From positions 1 through 53,697 of the IMG/VR virus record IMGVR_UViG_3300037125_000089: DNA of 53,697 nt; one strand, given 5' to 3'. The notes under the pieces were generated by a model. The model worked only from the letters and a program-made list of their open reading frames with translations, ran no database searches and was not told where the DNA came from. The position numbers were made by a program, and so were the translations under genes. Positions 26,131-36,561 of this stretch are shown in pieces. Every line of letters begins with the position of its first letter. The stretch's first letter is position 1. This DNA is from a virus. Taxonomy: Duplodnaviria; Caudoviricetes.

Positions 26131-27414
26131 ATGGAAACAATAAAAACCAAACTTGCCCGGGAGGCTTTATCAAGAAACCTGTATTATTTGACATTCAAAT
26201 CAGATACAATATGGACGAGAATGGGGGCATTTGGAGATGTTGGAAATACAAGGTCCGATAAAACATATCCAACCGTAACTTCATTCTCCGAAGTACAAAA
26301 AAAACAGGTACAGCCAACCGGCAAACTAATAGAAAGATTTACAAATTTTATGCATGACGGCGGTGAAGAAATGCTGATACCGATCATGACTCATCTTGTA
26401 AAGCCTCCTAATGTCGGTGATAATCAATTGCTTGGAACCGAAGAAGATCCCGATGTATTGTGGTTAAAGACAAGAATAAACGGGGTTTCAAAATCGACCA
26501 ATATTCAAACCGGGAAAATGAATGCTCAAAGAATTAATCATCCTGCAGTAAAGAAATCATTGATGAAAGGAGCACATGACAGGTTAGCTAATTTTATGAC
26601 AACATGGATTGGTCTTGAACCATATTATACGACCTATCTAGGTTATAGTACAAATATACTCAAAGATATTAAATTAACCAGCAAGTTAGAAATTACAGAA
26701 AAGTACCATCCAAACTTCTTTGTAGCAGGTGCGGGTCGTGTTGAATATGATGAGGATCAAACAAATTATGCAACCAATATAGCTACTGCCCTAGATACAT
26801 TAAGTGATTTACCAAGTAAACGTTTTGGGTCCCACACGCTGACATTCATAAGAAAAATGGCTCCGATATTAGGTATTAGAAAATCTTTGATAAAAGGTAG
26901 ATATGGTTATCATGTTATGGCAGGACCTGGACCACTGGCCGATTTAGCGAAAGATGAAGATTGGAAAGAAGCTCAAAAGATTAGAAAAAGAGGTGATGAT
27001 AATCCATTAATAACCGGCGACCTTGAAGGATACTTTAATCAATGCTGGGTATGGAGCGATGATAATCAATTTGATGCTAAAATCAGCGGGGATACAGGTT
27101 ATAGTTCAGACAGAGGAATTGTAAACTACGGCAATGCGGATCAACTAGAAAATAACCAGACAACAACGAACAGACACCTAATTTCGGTGTACGGTCAAAG
27201 CGCAATAACTCAAGGTATAAGCCAGGCCCTGGATTTTATGGATGAAAATTATGACTACGGAAGAAAGAAATCCGAAGCTTGCGAAATGCTTACCGGATTT
27301 CAATTAGCAAATATATGGGATGTTGACGGTGTAATTAAAAATAAAAATACACTATATAAAAATCAGAGCAGCATGGTAATTTCTGTGTGGTCAGATGGCG
27401 AACCAACAATTTAG
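26131..27414 (+). CDS. Major capsid protein
   Basis: 427 aa after the scaffold; VGDNQLLGTEE, LAKDEDWKEAQ...DNPLITG..G, ENYDYG as in N4-gp56/DUF4043-type capsids. Confidence 0.85.
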   Translation: METIKTKLAREALSRNLYYLTFKSDTIWTRMGAFGDVGNTRSDKTYPTVTSFSEVQKKQVQPTGKLIERFTNFMHDGGEEMLIPIMTHLVKPPNVGDNQLLGTEEDPDVLWLKTRINGVSKSTNIQTGKMNAQRINHPAVKKSLMKGAHDRLANFMTTWIGLEPYYTTYLGYSTNILKDIKLTSKLEITEKYHPNFFVAGAGRVEYDEDQTNYATNIATALDTLSDLPSKRFGSHTLTFIRKMAPILGIRKSLIKGRYGYHVMAGPGPLADLAKDEDWKEAQKIRKRGDDNPLITGDLEGYFNQCWVWSDDNQFDAKISGDTGYSSDRGIVNYGNADQLENNQTTTNRHLISVYGQSAITQGISQALDFMDENYDYGRKKSEACEMLTGFQLANIWDVDGVIKNKNTLYKNQSSMVISVWSDGEPTI

Positions 27415-27466
27415 TTGGTGATTTAGTTACAATAAATAAAAATAATTAATAAAAAGTGAGAATTAC

Positions 27467-27793
27467 ATGGGACTAAAACATATAAATAATATGAGAGAAG
27501 TTGATACCCAGGCGTGGTATCAGAATTTCGGAATGGAATTCGAAGATGCAAAGGAATATGACGGCTGTCATATTTTAAGAGGATTGAAACCGGATGGGAC
27601 TCAAATATTTTATGCAGAATTGTTATACAGCGGTACAACAGAACCGGATTTTACAAAGTTAGCTAAAGTACCTGAACATTCAAAAATTTATGCATCAAAA
27701 ATGACATTACCTACAGTATATGTCCGCAAGACCATTTCAAATCCTGCAGTAAAAACAGATTGGGCAAAATTTGAAGGGACAATGTTAACATAG
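27467..27793 (+). CDS. Probable virion/decoration protein
   Basis: Directly after the capsid gene and before a hairpin; function inferred from position. Confidence 0.55.
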   Translation: MGLKHINNMREVDTQAWYQNFGMEFEDAKEYDGCHILRGLKPDGTQIFYAELLYSGTTEPDFTKLAKVPEHSKIYASKMTLPTVYVRKTISNPAVKTDWAKFEGTMLT

Positions 27794-27803
27794 GTTATAG
27801 GGT

Positions 27804-27830
27804 GGGGGAATATCTCCCCCTTGACCATTT
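27804..27830 (+). terminator. Hairpin after the capsid genes, possible terminator
   Basis: ggggga-atatc-tccccc stem; weak T tract. Confidence 0.5.
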
Positions 27831-27856
27831 AATAAAATTAACAAAAGGTATTTGTT

Positions 27857-28537
27857 ATGGAAAAAATTAAAACTGTGTTTGTAAAGATTTTACTCCCTGT
27901 ACCAAAATTTTTGGAAAGGGGAAACGGGCATTATTTAAGTAATGCTAAAGATATTATATACGAAGATTTACAAAAGGGTGAATATATCGAATTACCTGAA
28001 GATGTTGCACTAGGCCGGGTTAAAGCAAATCCAAGAAGGTATGAGCTTTATGAAGGTAAAAATATACCCGAAGGTGCAAGATTACTTGAAAAAGGTGTCT
28101 TGAGTTCTTCCAGAATACCGCAGGTGACTGATACGGTACTTAAGTTGAATAAAGGAGTTTATAAAACCGGAAAAGAAAAGGATACCCGAGACGGTATACA
28201 GGCGAACAAAGTGAAAGAAACACAAAAGGTTATCACTGATGCATCAACGGATGATGTTGAAACGGAAACGGCAAAAAATAATGTGATTATTGAAAATATA
28301 GACACCGCTGCTTATGCAAATAAAGGTGATAATGAAAAATTGAGTGAAGATCATAAAATCCTTGTTGAGGAATTAGGCGATGAGGATGTAGAATTTACTC
28401 AATCATTTCTTGAAAGATTTGTGGAAAAGCCTAATGTTCTCAGGGCTATTGCAAATATATCGAAGGTAAAATATCACCATAAAGCGGGACCGGAAAAAAT
28501 TATTGATGCAATACTTGATAAAGTACATAAAAGTTAA
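27857..28537 (+). CDS. Phage protein with C-terminal HeH/Rho-N-like helix pair
   Basis: LRAIA...KVKYHHKAGPEKIIDAIL; typical post-capsid position. Confidence 0.6.
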   Translation: MEKIKTVFVKILLPVPKFLERGNGHYLSNAKDIIYEDLQKGEYIELPEDVALGRVKANPRRYELYEGKNIPEGARLLEKGVLSSSRIPQVTDTVLKLNKGVYKTGKEKDTRDGIQANKVKETQKVITDASTDDVETETAKNNVIIENIDTAAYANKGDNEKLSEDHKILVEELGDEDVEFTQSFLERFVEKPNVLRAIANISKVKYHHKAGPEKIIDAILDKVHKS

Positions 28538-28539
28538 TC

Positions 28540-29172
28540 ATGGCTGGTGAACGAAGCAACATATTAGCGGGTAATGTTTATAACAATATTGAAGGGTATG
28601 GAATTAGAAATATTTCCATACCTAATATTTATTCAAAACTTACACAGGCGCAAAATTATATTATCAGTGAAGCAATGCCTATTGAGATATTTGAGGTTAC
28701 GACAGTAAAAGACCATGAAGAATATCTTCTTGAATTTAACGATTCAACAATAGAATTGAAGATCAGAAAAATAATCAATCCTTCAGCATGGAGAGAAAAA
28801 ATAATTACATGTGACCTTAATGAATTTGAAGAATTAAAAAGAGAAAATTTTATTTACAGACAACCGGTAAAAGCAATAATAATTAAAGGTGTGCTGCATT
28901 TAATACCGGCCCCGGGTGAGTCTGATTTGAAAATAAAATTGTATGCAATGTTAACCGGATCAAATATAAATACAAAGATTAATAAAGAAACTGATCCAAT
29001 ATTAAAAACATTTTGGGATGATGCTCTTGAATACTACGCTACAGAAAAATCAGTACCGGTAAAAGAAAGAGCATACTGGAATCAAAAATTTTTAAATGCA
29101 TTAACTGATAATACAGATAAAGGACATAATATACTGCCAATGCCTTCTAAAGACAGCAGGAATTATTGGTAG
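28540..29172 (+). CDS. Probable head-tail adaptor
   Basis: L..AQN.I, T....EEY.L, LHLIPAP, WDDALEYYA pattern; position. Confidence 0.65.
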   Translation: MAGERSNILAGNVYNNIEGYGIRNISIPNIYSKLTQAQNYIISEAMPIEIFEVTTVKDHEEYLLEFNDSTIELKIRKIINPSAWREKIITCDLNEFEELKRENFIYRQPVKAIIIKGVLHLIPAPGESDLKIKLYAMLTGSNINTKINKETDPILKTFWDDALEYYATEKSVPVKERAYWNQKFLNALTDNTDKGHNILPMPSKDSRNYW

Positions 29173-29219
29173 GATAAAGTTACAAGTTTGCAAGTTAACA
29201 AGTTGAAAGAGAATTATTA

Positions 29220-29855
29220 ATGGCTACACCTAAATTTGATAGTATATGTATTGAGTTTATGAGCCGTATTGCAGATAAGTTTGTTTCTTCATTTACTGCA
29301 GGAAGCGGAGATATGCCGGAAGGAATAATACTTGAGAATAAAAAATATATTGAAAGTTATATAAATAAATCGATGTTCATCCTTTTTAACAACTATTGGG
29401 AAGCAGTAAAGGGAGATATACAATTATTTAAACAAATATTTCCTGAATTAATTTCAGTACCTACCGATGTGGTTGAATTTGATTCAGGGAAATATACAAT
29501 TGATAATCCATACAAAAATTTTTTTAGGTTGGTTGGCGCTATTACAGAAGATAAAAAATATATAACCGTGACAGATGTTAATAAATATACAATCCTAATA
29601 AGTGAATTGTATGAAGAAATTGACGCTGATGAATCTAATCCAAGAATTTTTCAAATCGGTGAAAACAAACTTGAAATATTTCCAGATACGATTGAATCAG
29701 CAATTATAATATATCTCAAACAACCGTTAAACCCTGAAGACGGCAGTTTTATTGAACAGAACGGTAATTATGATAGTCCTTTTAATCTACAATGGAATTC
29801 CAAAATAGCTGAAATAGCTGAAAAGTTATATAAAACAGACAGACAAGAGGTATAA
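29220..29855 (+). CDS. Probable adaptor/tail-ring paralogue
   Basis: YINKS...KLEIFP...IIYLKQP...IAEIA pattern. Confidence 0.55.
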   Translation: MATPKFDSICIEFMSRIADKFVSSFTAGSGDMPEGIILENKKYIESYINKSMFILFNNYWEAVKGDIQLFKQIFPELISVPTDVVEFDSGKYTIDNPYKNFFRLVGAITEDKKYITVTDVNKYTILISELYEEIDADESNPRIFQIGENKLEIFPDTIESAIIIYLKQPLNPEDGSFIEQNGNYDSPFNLQWNSKIAEIAEKLYKTDRQEV

Positions 29856-30740
29856 ATGTTAGGAAAAGATTTTACCTTAAAAGAAACAAGGAATATTATT
29901 CTACAATGGGTTAAAGAATTAGACCAAGTGAAAATAGAAAGAAAACTTGTGAATAAATTTATAAATATGGCTGTTACGGACACCGCGGAAATATTAGGAC
30001 TTGCAGAATTAGAACCATATGGTGAGACAGCAATATTAAACAATGTTAATTCATCTGTAAATTCATATTCGGAAGGTGTTGTAACCGAAGCAACATATTC
30101 GAACACAACAAAATCAATAGAAAAATCACCACATTCGTTAACAACGAATCATATAGGAAGAAGAATAGTTTTTTGGAGCACTACATCCAATATAGCCATT
30201 GGCCAAATAGTTTCAATTCCAGATGAAAATAATTTTACTGTAAATATAGCAGTTGGCAGTGATATGAGTTCAGTAAATTATTCTATTTTTAGCGAACATA
30301 GTGTTGACAGCCTTGATATTTCGGATTTAAGAATAAATCAAACTAGGAAATTAACAGATAGTGTAAATGGATTGATATTACCAACTACCGATACCAAATT
30401 TGATAATTTATCAGAATTTGATGAAAAGAGTGATAACATATATTGGTATAGACACGGTGAAAAATTACTTCTTCATAAAGGAGCAAATATTTCAGGTTAC
30501 GGAGAAATTACACTTCATTATTTTAGATATCCATACAGAGCCACAATTGACAGTGACTATTTAGATATAAGAGATCAATTTATACCCGGATTAGTAATTC
30601 CAAAAGTTAAGAATTATGTATTAGAACATTTGGGAATAGAACCCTCAGAAAAATTAATCGAACAAATCAATAGTCGAACTGAAAAGATAAGAAATTTGAA
30701 TATTGCTGAAAAAGCATCATTAAATAAAAAAGAGTCTTAA
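29856..30740 (+). CDS. Probable adaptor/tail-ring paralogue with an inserted beta domain
   Basis: FINMAV...ITLHYFRYP......D.LDI.DQF pattern. Confidence 0.55.
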   Translation: MLGKDFTLKETRNIILQWVKELDQVKIERKLVNKFINMAVTDTAEILGLAELEPYGETAILNNVNSSVNSYSEGVVTEATYSNTTKSIEKSPHSLTTNHIGRRIVFWSTTSNIAIGQIVSIPDENNFTVNIAVGSDMSSVNYSIFSEHSVDSLDISDLRINQTRKLTDSVNGLILPTTDTKFDNLSEFDEKSDNIYWYRHGEKLLLHKGANISGYGEITLHYFRYPYRATIDSDYLDIRDQFIPGLVIPKVKNYVLEHLGIEPSEKLIEQINSRTEKIRNLNIAEKASLNKKES

Positions 30741-30746
30741 ACCATA

Positions 30747-33203
30747 ATGGAAAAATTTACACATACATTTAATAATTTTACCGGTACTGTGAGCAATAAA
30801 AATACTGAAGGAGTAAATGGTTCAAAAAGGATATTAAATTTTGAAATTCATAAAAAACCCGGAGTATTGACATTAAGACCAAAATACATGTTGAAATATG
30901 AAGCCCCTTCGATTAATGATGAGGTTTTATTTGACAGAATAAAAGACTTGGAATATATAACGTTTGAAAATTTTGCCGACAAGAGCATTGAAAACCAGGA
31001 AATGGAAGTTACTTGTGAAATTCAAAAAGGTGAAATTACAGCTTTAGATGGAAGCGGTATAGAGGATACTATACCAACATTGTTATTTTGGATAAGACCA
31101 TATTTTAGAGGTTACTGGATTGATGGTTGGGAATGGTTAAATAAAATTGTTATTACTAAAACTGTAAGTGAACCTGATGAAACATATAAATCAAAAATTG
31201 ATATTTACGGTGAGCTTGGAGATATAAGACAATGGACTGTTTATAATAAAACTAAAGGTAATATTTCTCAAGTAATTGATTATAAAGAAGCCGAAGGCGG
31301 GAATACTACAATTCATCATACATTATTTAATAATAATTGGGAAGATGGCGATATCATCTATCTTTTCAAAAATTATTTTTCATCAGATTTTATGAATTAT
31401 AATTTCATTGCCGATGAATATGAAATAAATTTCCATACTGTTGTAAATGATTTAAGAATTAGTTTCGGTAGTGAGAAATATAGATTAGCTGCAGGAATAG
31501 GGTATAGAAATAAATATTTTAAAGTGAAAGGTTTTGGTTTTAGTGTTCACCCGGATATTGATAATGAAGAAACATTAACAAATTTTTCAAATATATCAAG
31601 AATAATCTTTGATCCATATACACTATATCCGGGAACCGGAGAATACGGATTAAAGCTTGTTAAATTGTCGAACGGGAATTTACCTGCCGGTGATTATCAA
31701 TTTAAACTAATAGGAGTTATAGACAGCTCTAATAAATTATTACTTGCTGAAAATAAAATTACCGTAAGCGGGAGTTATAATATTGCAGTTTATCCTTATG
31801 CAAGACTTGGAAACCACAATAAAAGGATTACTGATTTGGAAGTTTATTTTTCTTCTGACGGTAAAGCATTTTATTTATTTAATAATTATAATATTTCCGA
31901 AACAGAGTTTTCACCAACAGATTATATAATTAATGAAGACGGCCAGTTAATTTTAGAATCTGTCGACTCTATCGAATTATATACAAATGAAGATGCAGCT
32001 AGTAAAGATTCAGAAACAGATTCAGTTGGATTATGGAAAATATGGCGAGGAACATTTTTACCTGGAACAGTTGAAAGTGTAAACGACGGCTATGAAAGTT
32101 CATATTCGATAAAATACACAAACAGAACAATTTTACCATATGAAACAACAGGTATTCAACATGAAGTTTATGATGTAAAAGAATTAACTGACTATACTAT
32201 AACTTTCGATGCAAAATCAGATATTTATAGAACTTTAGAACTGTTTTTTCTCGGAAATTCATATTTTTATGTTGGTCAACCGAAGGTTGTTGTTGATGTA
32301 AAAAATATATGGACTAACATACAAATCACGTTAACAACTCCAAAATTCACAAGTGAAATTTATAAATACCTTGTAATAATTGCTAACGATCTAACTTCAG
32401 ACAGTACCTTTCAAATTGACAATATGTCAATAAAAGAAAAATCCAATTCAATTTTAACAGACGATACTGCAGCGGAGGAATCAATTAAAAGCAGACTAGG
32501 TTATACACCTACAAAAAATATAGTGTCAAGCTGGGATCAAGCATTAATATTAAACGGGAAAACATTTCTCGTAAATCCTGTAATAGATGAGGAAAGATTT
32601 ATAAACTATATTTTCAGATCGCATATATCATCAGATTCAGTTATGTATGATGTGATTACTTCACAGAATCGAATTAATTTGGAAAAGTTTGACGGTGATT
32701 TCTTAGTAGGAGTATTTAAAACAAATGAAAAAGATTTAGCAATTTTAAAAAATAACAGTGTTACCATAATTGATCCTGAAACAGGATACGAAAGGTTATC
32801 AGATAAAACTATAGGCTGCATTTCTAAAGCAAGTATTCAAAATAATTTTTGGTGTGATAAACAAGATGCTTTTGGAATAATCAACGGAACTATAACTAAT
32901 TTAACCGAAGATACAATACGCGATAAGTTAAATAATTCTGAAGAAAAGGAAAAGATATATTCAGTAATCGATAGGTACGGAACTTATAGAATACGATTGT
33001 ATGATATCAATACCGAATGGATTTACACAAAATTAGGATGGATAGAGCAAAGTAAGGATATTTTTCCGAAAATTTATAGGGAAGGCGTGGGAAGAATTGT
33101 TTGGTTTATGGATGAGGAAGGTAATATTTATTCTGAACCGGAAACAATAGAAGAAATAATTGGATACGGAACAAAGTATGGTGCAGCTAATCAAGAGTTT
33201 TAG
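30747..33203 (+). CDS. Probable tail nozzle / stabilisation protein (P22 gp10-like) with CBM-like insertion
   Basis: N-terminal F.NFTG...LNFEI..KPGVL.LRP; beta-propeller-like C-terminus (IGCISKASI); position in the tail module. Confidence 0.6.
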   Translation: MEKFTHTFNNFTGTVSNKNTEGVNGSKRILNFEIHKKPGVLTLRPKYMLKYEAPSINDEVLFDRIKDLEYITFENFADKSIENQEMEVTCEIQKGEITALDGSGIEDTIPTLLFWIRPYFRGYWIDGWEWLNKIVITKTVSEPDETYKSKIDIYGELGDIRQWTVYNKTKGNISQVIDYKEAEGGNTTIHHTLFNNNWEDGDIIYLFKNYFSSDFMNYNFIADEYEINFHTVVNDLRISFGSEKYRLAAGIGYRNKYFKVKGFGFSVHPDIDNEETLTNFSNISRIIFDPYTLYPGTGEYGLKLVKLSNGNLPAGDYQFKLIGVIDSSNKLLLAENKITVSGSYNIAVYPYARLGNHNKRITDLEVYFSSDGKAFYLFNNYNISETEFSPTDYIINEDGQLILESVDSIELYTNEDAASKDSETDSVGLWKIWRGTFLPGTVESVNDGYESSYSIKYTNRTILPYETTGIQHEVYDVKELTDYTITFDAKSDIYRTLELFFLGNSYFYVGQPKVVVDVKNIWTNIQITLTTPKFTSEIYKYLVIIANDLTSDSTFQIDNMSIKEKSNSILTDDTAAEESIKSRLGYTPTKNIVSSWDQALILNGKTFLVNPVIDEERFINYIFRSHISSDSVMYDVITSQNRINLEKFDGDFLVGVFKTNEKDLAILKNNSVTIIDPETGYERLSDKTIGCISKASIQNNFWCDKQDAFGIINGTITNLTEDTIRDKLNNSEEKEKIYSVIDRYGTYRIRLYDINTEWIYTKLGWIEQSKDIFPKIYREGVGRIVWFMDEEGNIYSEPETIEEIIGYGTKYGAANQEF

Positions 33204-33259
33204 TTTGAGATGGGGAGAAACGTAGAATAGGAGATTTGAATTTATAAAATGGGGGTGAA

Positions 33260-33766
33260 ATGAAATTATTCTATTTTTTTATTTTAATAATACTAATACC
33301 ACAGTTTTTAACAGCGCAGTTTGCAAAACCCAAAAGCTTAACTAAACACTACGAACTTAGAAAGTATGAACAAGACGTTAGAGTAAATGCAGTTGAATTA
33401 AATGATGATAAAGATAAGCTTGATTCGCTGATACATGCTTTAACAGCGCAAACTGATCCCAAACAATTACAATTTATTGAATGTAAAGATACTTCTATTG
33501 TAGTAGACACTACATTACTGCTTTTGTCATTATCAGATAATATGAGCGGCCAAGGACAATTTACAGGAACTTCTGAAATTGACAGTGTTGGTATTGCCGC
33601 ATTAGATAGCTTGGATATTGTACTTGCAACACCATATACAGAAAGTGTAAATGTTAATGACTATTTAAGTGTTTATATCAAGGGGAATTATTTATACGTT
33701 AGAAGACCAGCAGGCGGCACAACAGACCTTAAGTATAATTGGATTTGGATAAGGAAATATCAATGA
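33260..33766 (+). CDS. Signal-peptide-bearing tail-fibre-like protein
   Basis: MKLFYFFILIILIPQFLTA|Q followed by LTKHYELRK...ELNDDKDKLDSLI, resembling a tail-fibre N-terminal anchor. Confidence 0.65.
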   Translation: MKLFYFFILIILIPQFLTAQFAKPKSLTKHYELRKYEQDVRVNAVELNDDKDKLDSLIHALTAQTDPKQLQFIECKDTSIVVDTTLLLLSLSDNMSGQGQFTGTSEIDSVGIAALDSLDIVLATPYTESVNVNDYLSVYIKGNYLYVRRPAGGTTDLKYNWIWIRKYQ

Positions 33767-36561
33767 GAATTAAAGCAATAATTTATTTAATTCTACTAAT
33801 AATAAATTTTACAATGGCTCAAATCTCTGAACCTAATTGGATAAGATTGCACAGAGAAAATCTTCTTGGAAGTGGCGGTAAAATCCAAAGTGATTGGTTA
33901 TTTCATCTTGACACGCTTCATATTTTGGGCTTAAGTGCTAATACAAATAGTGTTATTCATCCAAAATATAAGCTTACAAATAGTAACATATTTTGGAGAA
34001 ATTTATGGAAAATTGATTCAACACATTTGTTTGTAACGGAAAATTTGTTTGGACTTAATCAACCTAGTCTAGGAGAATGGACTACAAATGAAAGTGTATC
34101 TAGGCATTCATTGTTATCAGCTGATAAAAAAACATGGGGATCAATATGTGAGGTGAAAAAAGATAGCTTAGTGTATATATGGTTAGTTGATAATGATATT
34201 GATCACAAAATTCTAGGATATAATGAAAATGGTGTTTTTTCTTGGACCGAGTATACAAACTTATCATCTGAATTTATGGGACAAATGGATAAAAGTACAT
34301 GTTCACGAGCGTTTGCATATAGAGATTCTTTTTTCATTAGAACCATGCATGGAGGAGTTGCTTATAACCCTAGCATTCGATCCTGGACAGCTCAAGGTTT
34401 TGCTGTATATAATTATGAAGTAGGTGCTATTAATTCTAATATAGTTTTATTTGGGGATAATGATACCACTCTTTATTCTGAATCTGGATCAAATGGTACA
34501 ATACTCAATAACGATTGGTTATTAGAGGTAGACTCTTTAAATGATAAGTATTATATATGGGCATGGCAAGTTGATATAGGATCGTCTGTAGATTATGATA
34601 GTATAACTGTTTTATATGAAATCAATTCAACGGCTTTAGATTCAATAGTATATAATAATGGTAATAGAATATATGGTTTCCAAGAAGTATGGAGAGATAT
34701 TGAATCGTTAGGTTACCCCTATAAAATGTGGAATAGAGATGGATACTTATGGTGTGCAATAGCAAATGATGTTGATCATAATGTTAATTTATTAAAATGG
34801 GATGGGATTACCATGGAAATTGTTGATTTGCCTGAATCCCATATTGATAGCGCTGAAGTTGTAGGAGTATATCCTTATGATTCGAATAATATAATTATGA
34901 CAATCCAAGATTATGATCACATTGAAAGTATTGATTCGATACATTTTGGCTATCAATTTAAACCAAATGTTTCAAGTGTTGATACTTTTTTACTTCCAAC
35001 TGCAGAACTGGGATTGATGAATACTATTGACTATTATAATGGAAATTTATTTGTTGGATACACAACTTATCCAACAGGTTATATTAATGATGCTCCCGAC
35101 GGGAATGATTATGATGCTAAAACCGAAAGTATGTTTTATGCAAAATTTGATTTTGGAATAATATCTTTATTACAGCCACAAAATGAAAAAGCATATATTC
35201 CAGGTGATACTATTAATATATCATGGTTAGCTTCACAGGATACAATTGAAATATTGATTTTAGGTGATACAATTACAGTATCCGGTACTGAATATAATTA
35301 TGAGGTACCTGATACAAGCGGGACTTTTATTTTGACTGCAAGGTTAAAAAATCTACCGGGACAATTTGATTACAGAACATTTATAGTAAAATCTAATATA
35401 TTTTTGGAAGTAGTAACAAACGTAGACGCGGATAAATTAACAATTGTAAATGAAGTTTCGAAAACGATAAATATTTCTCTATTATCAAATGGTGTTGATT
35501 CTGTAAGATTTTATTGGTCAGAAGATACTACAGGCGGAGTTTGGAATTTATTAGAAGGTTCATATTCAATAACAGATGATAGCGGGATAGATACATCGGT
35601 AATTGAGTGGTCAGTAAAGGGAATTCCCAAAGTTGAAGATAGTTTATTTGTTAAAGTAGAACAGATTGCAGATACAAATATTCATAGTTTAAAACCACCA
35701 AAATCTGGTGTAATAGTTGAAGCAGGACATACCGGAATAGACAAAAGAGTTTGTTGGGGTTCAGTAAATGATAATTTACCATATTCCCAAAATTGGTGTT
35801 TAGATTTATGTTGTAAATGGTGTACTGTGAACTGGTATAAAGGAAGTTTTAGATTAAATTCTGGCAATTCAGTTGGAAATATAATTGGTAAACTTCCAGC
35901 TACAGTGTCAGAATATAAAACAAATCAAAAGAAATGTTCGGAACTATGGGCTGGTGATAGTGACGCTAATAAATATTATTATATTGACGAAAGCCAAAAT
36001 GTTATTAAAACACAGATAGAAAGGGAAGTAGCTTTGAGATCTTTGGGGATTTATAAAAATGGCAATTTTACATGGAATGGTTATTCATGGTATGTGTCGG
36101 GTAATGCTTTATATGTTGATGATTTGGTCAATGGTGTTGATAGCCTTATTGTTTTCAATTTTGAAGCTTATACTGACGATGCTGGAGGTTATGGTTATAA
36201 ACATTTTCTAGGAGATGTATCGGTTGCTTTTTTGATATTTGATGATCAAGATATAGGTAGTCAGACAAAACCAAATCCTTTTAGACCAGATGGAAGTTTA
36301 ATCCCATTAACAGAGGATGAAATGAAGAGTTATATTGATACTCTTGCAAATCAGGGTGAACAAGTAAAATTTATTACAATTTTATATGGTCGTGGTTTTC
36401 CAGGCGATGCTATTCTTATAGTTGATGTAGATTTTGTAGGAAATGCCCATGATAAAAGTTCAATTTCAGTTTCAGATTCATTTGTACTAACATCAGGTAC
36501 AGTGACTCGCACAATATTTAGAGGTTATATTCCTCAAAAGATATTGGAGTTAAGAAATTAA
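33763..36561 (+). CDS. Large signal-peptide-bearing beta-rich protein (candidate receptor-binding/appendage protein)
   Basis: ATG 33763 overlaps the upstream stop (ATGA); MRIKAIIYLILLIINFTMA|Q; Ig-like segment P.NE.....GDTINISW; Cys cluster CLDLCCKWC. Confidence 0.7.
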   Translation: MRIKAIIYLILLIINFTMAQISEPNWIRLHRENLLGSGGKIQSDWLFHLDTLHILGLSANTNSVIHPKYKLTNSNIFWRNLWKIDSTHLFVTENLFGLNQPSLGEWTTNESVSRHSLLSADKKTWGSICEVKKDSLVYIWLVDNDIDHKILGYNENGVFSWTEYTNLSSEFMGQMDKSTCSRAFAYRDSFFIRTMHGGVAYNPSIRSWTAQGFAVYNYEVGAINSNIVLFGDNDTTLYSESGSNGTILNNDWLLEVDSLNDKYYIWAWQVDIGSSVDYDSITVLYEINSTALDSIVYNNGNRIYGFQEVWRDIESLGYPYKMWNRDGYLWCAIANDVDHNVNLLKWDGITMEIVDLPESHIDSAEVVGVYPYDSNNIIMTIQDYDHIESIDSIHFGYQFKPNVSSVDTFLLPTAELGLMNTIDYYNGNLFVGYTTYPTGYINDAPDGNDYDAKTESMFYAKFDFGIISLLQPQNEKAYIPGDTINISWLASQDTIEILILGDTITVSGTEYNYEVPDTSGTFILTARLKNLPGQFDYRTFIVKSNIFLEVVTNVDADKLTIVNEVSKTINISLLSNGVDSVRFYWSEDTTGGVWNLLEGSYSITDDSGIDTSVIEWSVKGIPKVEDSLFVKVEQIADTNIHSLKPPKSGVIVEAGHTGIDKRVCWGSVNDNLPYSQNWCLDLCCKWCTVNWYKGSFRLNSGNSVGNIIGKLPATVSEYKTNQKKCSELWAGDSDANKYYYIDESQNVIKTQIEREVALRSLGIYKNGNFTWNGYSWYVSGNALYVDDLVNGVDSLIVFNFEAYTDDAGGYGYKHFLGDVSVAFLIFDDQDIGSQTKPNPFRPDGSLIPLTEDEMKSYIDTLANQGEQVKFITILYGRGFPGDAILIVDVDFVGNAHDKSSISVSDSFVLTSGTVTRTIFRGYIPQKILELRN

